Assembly: GCA_020348985.1 (NCBI GenBank)
Contig: CP070761.1
Location: forward strand, 2,332,310-2,396,309
From: Candidatus Thorarchaeota archaeon
Lineage (GTDB): Archaea > Asgardarchaeota > Thorarchaeia > Thorarchaeales > Thorarchaeaceae
Reading direction: 5' to 3'
DNA length: 64,000 nt
The notes under the pieces were generated by a model that did no database searches, was not told the DNA's origin, and saw only the letters and a program-made list of their open reading frames with translations. The position numbers were made by a program, and so were the translations under genes. Of this stretch, positions 58,390-64,000 are shown in pieces; within the stretch, counting starts at the first letter, position 1; each line of letters begins with the position of its first letter.

Positions 58390-58602
58390 GTCAATGCTAG
58401 CCTCTTTGTGAGTCTTCGATACAATTGAGAGAGGCTTCATGTGGTCGTTAAGATATTATCGGTTCAACGATTAATCCCGTGAGCTTCGATGTTTGACCAA
58501 GTCGGCTCAAAGCAAATCAATCGAAAAGGAAGGTACATTCAGGACAGGGCGGAGAGTCGGGGCAAATCTGATTCCAGAGTAGGCAATGCTTCACCCGCTT
58601 TC

Positions 58603-59232
58603 TCATAAAAGACCAGTGGGAAGATGTACTGCATGTGTACAACGATCATCTCCTTTAAGGAGTGATTCAGTCAATTCGACCTCCACTGGTTGTTCCAGTA
58701 TGCCCTCCCAAAGCTGCTTTACCCATCCTCCAGAACAGCAACAGAAGGTTGGCGATATCTGCTCCTTGCTCCTTTTCACGAGAGAGCAATGGCAATAAGC
58801 CAGACGTCTCTCCTCGTCAGTGGTAGCTTTCTCAAAGGCCTTTGGATCATAGGGGACCTTCGTTACATAGACTATATTGCCTTCTCGGGTTGGATAATCA
58901 TAGAACGAGCCTCCGCCCCAAGATTTGTCTTTGCGCATCACTTCAATTAGGTCGTCAAGATTTCCAGTTCGTTTGAACTCGGCCCTCATCTTCTTTATTC
59001 GCGTCTTTGGATATGTATGCGGACAAGTTTCAACCATTATTTCATTTCTGGTCTTGTCGTCACATAGACTATCTAGTCTATCCATGGCCGATTTTATCCA
59101 AATAGTGCGCTGCTCTTTCGCGCTCTTGCCTGCGCCCGATGGTAATTGATCCCACCCCTTCGCTATGCTTGATCTCACTTCCATGTTTGTATGGCGGTCC
59201 AACCTTTCAACGAATCTACGAAACCATTTCAT
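58603..59232 (-). CDS. DUF6144/V4R-like Cys-containing protein
   Basis: YCHC..TFCCCSGGW..VEVELTESLLKGDDRC. Confidence 0.7.
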   Translation of the reverse strand: MKWFRRFVERLDRHTNMEVRSSIAKGWDQLPSGAGKSAKEQRTIWIKSAMDRLDSLCDDKTRNEIMVETCPHTYPKTRIKKMRAEFKRTGNLDDLIEVMRKDKSWGGGSFYDYPTREGNIVYVTKVPYDPKAFEKATTDEERRLAYCHCSLVKRSKEQISPTFCCCSGGWVKQLWEGILEQPVEVELTESLLKGDDRCTHAVHLPTGLL

Positions 59233-59586
59233 TCTCCTAGCCTCGATAGACAGGTAGTGGTTTACAGGTGATGAGGATGTGTGATGTAGATCCGAGAGGA
59301 TGTTTTTGTCTTTATAGCTCGTTCCTTCCGAGCACGACTGTCCTCACTTATCGGAAGTATCGTCCATGCTTCTTTGAATTCTATACCACGGACTGATGTT
59401 GGATCCTCCGTTTGCGAATTCGTGGACATTTTGCTGACTAAACCCTTCGATATTTCGAAGAACACTTCGGTTAATGGTAATCTCGAATAATGTGCTAATA
59501 TTATCGGAAAATCGCACTGATAACACATAGGTATATATGTAACCTACAGGAATGAATCTGGAAGCGACCCGAGAGGGGGCTAGAGC

Positions 59587-60138
59587 GTGAAGCTGGTTGA
59601 TCTGAGCCGGGAACTAATTAGAGTACTGAAGGAGACTTACCCGGCAGGCAAGCGCAGTGATGTCATTGCCAAAGATCTAGGCGTGCCCAAGCGAAGGGTG
59701 TACGATGTCATTGCAGTATTGAAATCCCTCGACATGGTAAGAACCAGTCGAAGGTACGATGGTACAACCGTTACCTGGATTGACCGCTCAGAGGATTTTG
59801 TAAGTCGAGCTGATTATGACGCAATAAGAATGAATCTTGATGAGGTCAATGTAGCCAGAAAGGACTTGCAGGTCCAGGTAGCGGAGCTCAAAGAATCCCT
59901 CCGCGTAACCAAGACCAAGCTTCGGACAGATGTGCCAACTGTTGAGGCATCCGATCGTATGGTATTTCACACGACTCAGCTTCGAATTAGACCACTCTCC
60001 TCCAACGGGATAAAGCGAGTTCGCGACTCAGGAATGGAAGTGCTAGTTGAGACTAACGAGGCCGGAATGCTTGTCGATCCTGCAGAGACTGAATCGGATG
60101 AAAAAGAGTCTCTCATCAAGAGCCTTCAACGAGTCTAG
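59587..60138 (+). CDS. E2F/DP-like winged-helix transcription factor with coiled coil
   Basis: IAKDLGVPKRRVYDVIAVLKSLDMV...VTWID matches the E2F/DP RRxYD signature; heptad region follows. Confidence 0.8.
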   Translation: MKLVDLSRELIRVLKETYPAGKRSDVIAKDLGVPKRRVYDVIAVLKSLDMVRTSRRYDGTTVTWIDRSEDFVSRADYDAIRMNLDEVNVARKDLQVQVAELKESLRVTKTKLRTDVPTVEASDRMVFHTTQLRIRPLSSNGIKRVRDSGMEVLVETNEAGMLVDPAETESDEKESLIKSLQRV

Positions 60139-60147
60139 ATTGGATGA

Positions 60148-60525
60148 CTATTCTGCAAGCCTTAGAGAAGCATTGCTACCACGCCGTATAGTTTCAAGCT
60201 CATCTAGAGCGTCCTCATTCTCAATCCTTCCTATGATGTTCACAGGGCTGAACGTCTGCATGTCTCTTGTATAGATACAGAGTGAATCACCTAGCGGCAT
60301 GTAGGCGATATCAGCTCGCTTGACGTCCTTTGTCGGTTTCTGGTTTCCCTTTCCAATGGTAAGGATGATCTTCATTTCGCCCTTTAGCATTGCCGCTCGT
60401 CCTTCAAATGGCAAGCGAAACTTGATCTCCTCAACTATTCCTGGTGCCAACACTCTGTCAATGGTTCCACGAAGAATCAAGCCGCCTTCGAACTCTAGTT
60501 CGATGGGTACGTCACTTTCTTCCAT
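60148..60525 (-). CDS. cyclophilin-like fold protein (TM1367/COG2164 family)
   Basis: LAP..LPF, DIAYMPLGDSLCIY, SPVNIIGRI. Confidence 0.85.
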   Translation of the reverse strand: MEESDVPIELEFEGGLILRGTIDRVLAPGIVEEIKFRLPFEGRAAMLKGEMKIILTIGKGNQKPTKDVKRADIAYMPLGDSLCIYTRDMQTFSPVNIIGRIENEDALDELETIRRGSNASLRLAE

Positions 60526-60662
60526 TGTGACATCATTACTTGTTGATGAGAAGTGGTTCATAAAACCTACGATGATTCTGCTGGCGAGGTTCCTCAATTG
60601 CAAGAGACTAATTGGCTCTTCAGATTCTATATTGTATAGACAGGTTCAGTAATGGTAATCAA

Positions 60663-61019
60663 ATGGCGGGGCAGATGGATTTTCAACTACTAGCCTTCTT
60701 CATGAGTCTCCTCGGCATTCTGTTTCTTCTCATCGTTGAAAGAAGTAAAGTCAGTAGCGAACCGAGTGGTTTCCTTCGAGGACTGGCTTCGTCACCCCGA
60801 ATCATTGGTCTCCTATACATGCTGTTCATCGTTACTCTGCATCTTTGGGTGGCATTCATCGCTGCAGTGATTCGCTATCTGGCTTTGGCGTCGGACCCTA
60901 TGGTCGATCATTTCTATCGCAATTTGGCTATTGTGGCTGTTAGATCGGACATTCTCTTGGCAGCTGTCTCCTTGAGTGCGAATGAGGCCGCTGGAGTCGG
61001 ACTAGTGCGGAGTGTGTGA
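60663..61019 (+). CDS. small membrane protein
   Basis: Two to three hydrophobic segments; start uncertain. Confidence 0.5.
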   Translation: MAGQMDFQLLAFFMSLLGILFLLIVERSKVSSEPSGFLRGLASSPRIIGLLYMLFIVTLHLWVAFIAAVIRYLALASDPMVDHFYRNLAIVAVRSDILLAAVSLSANEAAGVGLVRSV

Positions 61020-61061
61020 AAACGCAATCATCAGTCGAGAAGCGTCACTGAAAATACTTAA

Positions 61062-62240
61062 TTGGCTACGAGCAAAGCAGACTGTTGGAGCGGACAAGGA
61101 CTGGATACCTCGAACCTTGATGTGGCATTTGTCATTGACACTACCGGCTCGATGCGCGATGACATTGATGCTGTGAGAGACAGTTTGTTTGAGATTGTTG
61201 ACACGATAACAAGAAGAACCGAAGACCTCGCTATTCGTTTTGGGCTCGTATCATATCGGGACCATCCGCCTCAGGACAAAAGCTATGTTACGAAGGTCTA
61301 TGACTTCACGTTCGACATCAAGAAGATCCACAAGCAGATATCCAGATTGAAGCCGTCTGAGGGCGGAGACATCCCAGAGGCTGTAGCTGATGGGATCTAT
61401 GATGCGCGCACGAAGCTTTCATGGTCAGATAGCTCCTACAAAGTACTGGTCCTCATGGGGGATGCACCACCGCATGGACGAGAATACAACAACCTTACCG
61501 ACGACTACTTTCCAGATGGCTGTCCAATGGGTCATGATCCAAAGGAAGAGATGCAGGCTCTCAAGGGCATGTTCGGCAGCACGGTATTCGTCTTTGTGTG
61601 CGGCTGCAATCCACTAGTTGAGGACTCATTTCGTTCTATAGCAGAATCAGTGGATGATGGACGCTACTATAGTCTTCACGAGGCCGATCTTATTCCAAGA
61701 GCCATCCTTCAGATTCTTGAAGATGTTGGAGATCTTATCGAGGCGGACCGAAGAGTCCTCGCTCACTACGAGAGTCATGATGGATCGTTTAGCCTGCCTG
61801 AGGCAGCATCTGAGTTGGACCTGGAACTACGTGATCTAAAGACCTCCTTATCACGTCTACTCGAATTGGGTCACATTCCGAGGTGGCCCAGAGGCCGGCC
61901 GTTGTCACCATCTCAAATGGGACTGATCGTTCAGCTGGGCAAAGTACCCGACGCCCTGTTAGCAGGACGTCCATTCAAGTATCGGTTGAAAGTGCGAAAT
62001 CCAAGTTCTGCAGTGATTGGGATTAGGCTTGTTGTATCGCTCATCACTGATGAAGGGGTTTCTGAGGTAACGAATGAACCTCATGAAATAGGTCCTCGCG
62101 CCGACCAGTATCTTGATCTTGAGTTGGTGCCTATGACTGAGGTTGAAGGTAAAGCAACTCTGCGAGTCGAAGTGTTCTATGGCTCGACTTCAATTGCCAG
62201 TGGTGCACATAAAGTACGCCTCTATTTGCAACAGGGTTAG
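61062..62240 (+). CDS. vWA domain plus wHTH plus Ig-like C-terminal domain protein
   Basis: DVAFVIDTTGSM MIDAS, YRDHPPQD, GGDIPEA, GDAPPHG; SLPEAASELDL..LSRLLELG; beta-rich C-terminus. Confidence 0.85.
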   Translation: MATSKADCWSGQGLDTSNLDVAFVIDTTGSMRDDIDAVRDSLFEIVDTITRRTEDLAIRFGLVSYRDHPPQDKSYVTKVYDFTFDIKKIHKQISRLKPSEGGDIPEAVADGIYDARTKLSWSDSSYKVLVLMGDAPPHGREYNNLTDDYFPDGCPMGHDPKEEMQALKGMFGSTVFVFVCGCNPLVEDSFRSIAESVDDGRYYSLHEADLIPRAILQILEDVGDLIEADRRVLAHYESHDGSFSLPEAASELDLELRDLKTSLSRLLELGHIPRWPRGRPLSPSQMGLIVQLGKVPDALLAGRPFKYRLKVRNPSSAVIGIRLVVSLITDEGVSEVTNEPHEIGPRADQYLDLELVPMTEVEGKATLRVEVFYGSTSIASGAHKVRLYLQQG

Positions 62241-62273
62241 GTCCTGGGTCCCAATTGCATGTCAGAAGTGTAG

Positions 62274-64000
62274 TCAGGATGTAATATCCTTAATCGATGA
62301 AAGAAGATAGCTCTCGAACAGACTTGCCGAGAATAGCTCTATTGGGACCACTCGTGTATTGGTCAATTCAAGAGTATCAAAGAGTCTCTCGGCATCACTG
62401 TCTGATTCAAATCCGATGAAATCAAGTCGAATGGCGTCGGTCCTTCTGATGGATCTCAAGAACGGTCGAAGATTCTCTTCCTCTTCATCTGGTGCAGTTG
62501 TTATTACGATTGCGAGAGTTGGTTTCTCTTCGCCAAAGTCCTCCACAAGCTCTGCGATTGTCCTGAGAGCTTCGCTCATCTTTCCTCCTGAGGAGGTCTC
62601 TTCAGCAATGTCCATAGTGAAGAAGACCAACGACTGAAGCACCTCTTCAGACTGCATGTCTTCCTCGAATTCCAGGTGTGTTTGAATCTCATGTCCTCTC
62701 TGAATTGTGAACTTTGTCGCCTTGTCTCCGATTGAGACTACGGCTAGCCGACCACCTGAACGGTTTACCGACAAACTCTGGATTGCCACCAACGACATGA
62801 TTGTGGCCAATTCCTGCCTCGTTATCATGTCGCCTAGATTGTTGAGAAACTCATCTACTCCATGTACTCTACTGATCAGAGATGAGAGCATGTGTCTCAG
62901 ATAGAATGGAGTCTTCAGAGGAACGTCTCTGTGTTGCATCCCCTCACTATGGATGATTGCCAGAATGAGGTTGAATTCCTTGAAGGACTCCGCTGGCCAT
63001 ATTGACATCCCATCAACAGAAAGCTTGGCGATACGTCCAGGATCTAGTTGTGGAGATGACTTGACCAGCGTCAACGAGATCATATGACTGTCTCTTCCTA
63101 TCCATACTTTGGCTCCCTTCCCCACCAACCGTCCGTCCAGTCTTCTCTGAATGTCTTCTTCGTTCATTCTGAGATATGAATACGTTTCTCCAGAAGCAGA
63201 AGGCGCAGACTCTTCGAATGCAAACATCGCATTACTGATTTCATCTGCCTTGCCAGTGATTCTTACCAAGTCAACGGTTGTCGGATCCCTCAGACCTATC
63301 AGATCCGCATCATCACGAGAAATCGCAACTTTCTTCGGGGGACACCAAGACGCGACCTCCATCTTGCCGACTCCCCAGTTATTGGTTCCAGGCTCAAGGG
63401 CAACTACAATGTCTCCTCCTGAGGCCCCTATAGCACGCATATCCTCTTCACAAAGCATAAACACTCCTGGCTCCGTGTCTCTGAAGACTACGCCGAAAGT
63501 AAGGGACGACACTACTTCGTTCAGGTAGCTTACTTGCAGGCACTTAAGTAGCTCATAGTGAAAGCGACTTAGATGCGCAGGTGAAGTCAGAATTGGGCCC
63601 TCAGACTTCGTTGAAGCACGGACCAGAGTATTGTGGATTCCAACGCTTCTTGAACGCAGATTCTCTGAGAATGAAGACCTCCATCCAGCAACTCTCAAGG
63701 TGTCGTCACGTTCAATCAGGAGTGCCAAACTCATTGCTGAAGGAGAGGAAGGATCCTTTACAGTTAGAACATAGCTATTCAGATCGACACGACCGCCGTT
63801 CTCAGAGATCATGTTGTCAATGGAGACAATCCCATGAAGGCGCTGTGTTGCCATAATCTCAAGTATACGGGAGAGTTCGTCCATTGAGGTCTTCCCCAAT
63901 CTACCCTCAGCAACAACTGACATACAGTTTTCAACATAGTCTAGAAACGGTGGCCTGGGGGGTAGCAAAGCAAGAACATTTCCGCCGAGTATCCGTTGAA
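62274..64000 (-). CDS. partial gene (5' end outside window): double-psi-barrel/CDC48-N-like region plus degenerate vWA-like C-terminus
   Basis: Frame is open to the window edge; MLCEEDMRAIGASGGDIVV and VAISRDDADLIGL repeats; NLILAIIHSEGM, LAVVSIG, LAIVITT strands. Confidence 0.65.
   Translation of the reverse strand, partial: QRILGGNVLALLPPRPPFLDYVENCMSVVAEGRLGKTSMDELSRILEIMATQRLHGIVSIDNMISENGGRVDLNSYVLTVKDPSSPSAMSLALLIERDDTLRVAGWRSSFSENLRSRSVGIHNTLVRASTKSEGPILTSPAHLSRFHYELLKCLQVSYLNEVVSSLTFGVVFRDTEPGVFMLCEEDMRAIGASGGDIVVALEPGTNNWGVGKMEVASWCPPKKVAISRDDADLIGLRDPTTVDLVRITGKADEISNAMFAFEESAPSASGETYSYLRMNEEDIQRRLDGRLVGKGAKVWIGRDSHMISLTLVKSSPQLDPGRIAKLSVDGMSIWPAESFKEFNLILAIIHSEGMQHRDVPLKTPFYLRHMLSSLISRVHGVDEFLNNLGDMITRQELATIMSLVAIQSLSVNRSGGRLAVVSIGDKATKFTIQRGHEIQTHLEFEEDMQSEEVLQSLVFFTMDIAEETSSGGKMSEALRTIAELVEDFGEEKPTLAIVITTAPDEEEENLRPFLRSIRRTDAIRLDFIGFESDSDAERLFDTLELTNTRVVPIELFSASLFESYLLSSIKDITS

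Noticed and set aside
59262-59528. 88-aa minus-strand ORF in the E2F/DP promoter gap
   Set aside because: It has no motif or SD, and the region looks like AT-rich regulatory DNA.
1-64000. tRNA, rRNA, CRISPR arrays, transposases, and the many short antisense ORFs in the track
   Set aside because: I saw no such signatures, and the short ORFs overlap well-supported genes on the opposite strand or in another frame.

Overview
Gene-dense archaeal chromosome segment, most likely from an Asgard archaeon (Thorarchaeota-like). This is inferred from a longin-wHTH protein, a Rab-like pseudo-GTPase, an E2F/DP-like winged helix, PAC2, PDCD5, archaeal DtdA and GGTG(A/T)GA ribosome-binding sites. The middle of the window holds an acyl-CoA/beta-oxidation cluster (about 22-32 kb) and a glycerol-phosphate cluster with an alkyl-DHAP-synthase-like oxidoreductase (about 33.5-42 kb). 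The most striking signal is a probable unannotated selenoprotein gene at 2687-3490 (-). It has a TATA box, SD and ATG upstream of an in-frame UGA in a C-V-S-U (CxxU) motif, and a eukaryote-type SECIS hairpin whose AUGA core overlaps the gene's own stop codon. Other highlights are an E2F/DP-like factor (RRVYD), an uncalled CdrS/aCcr1-like RHH gene with an AGTATTA palindrome heading two Cys-rich paralogs, a ~270-nt highly base-paired intergenic RNA candidate, and two coiled-coil proteins sharing a Vps28-CTD-like helical domain. I saw no rRNA, tRNA, CRISPR array or transposase. All family calls come from recognising motifs by eye, with no database search.
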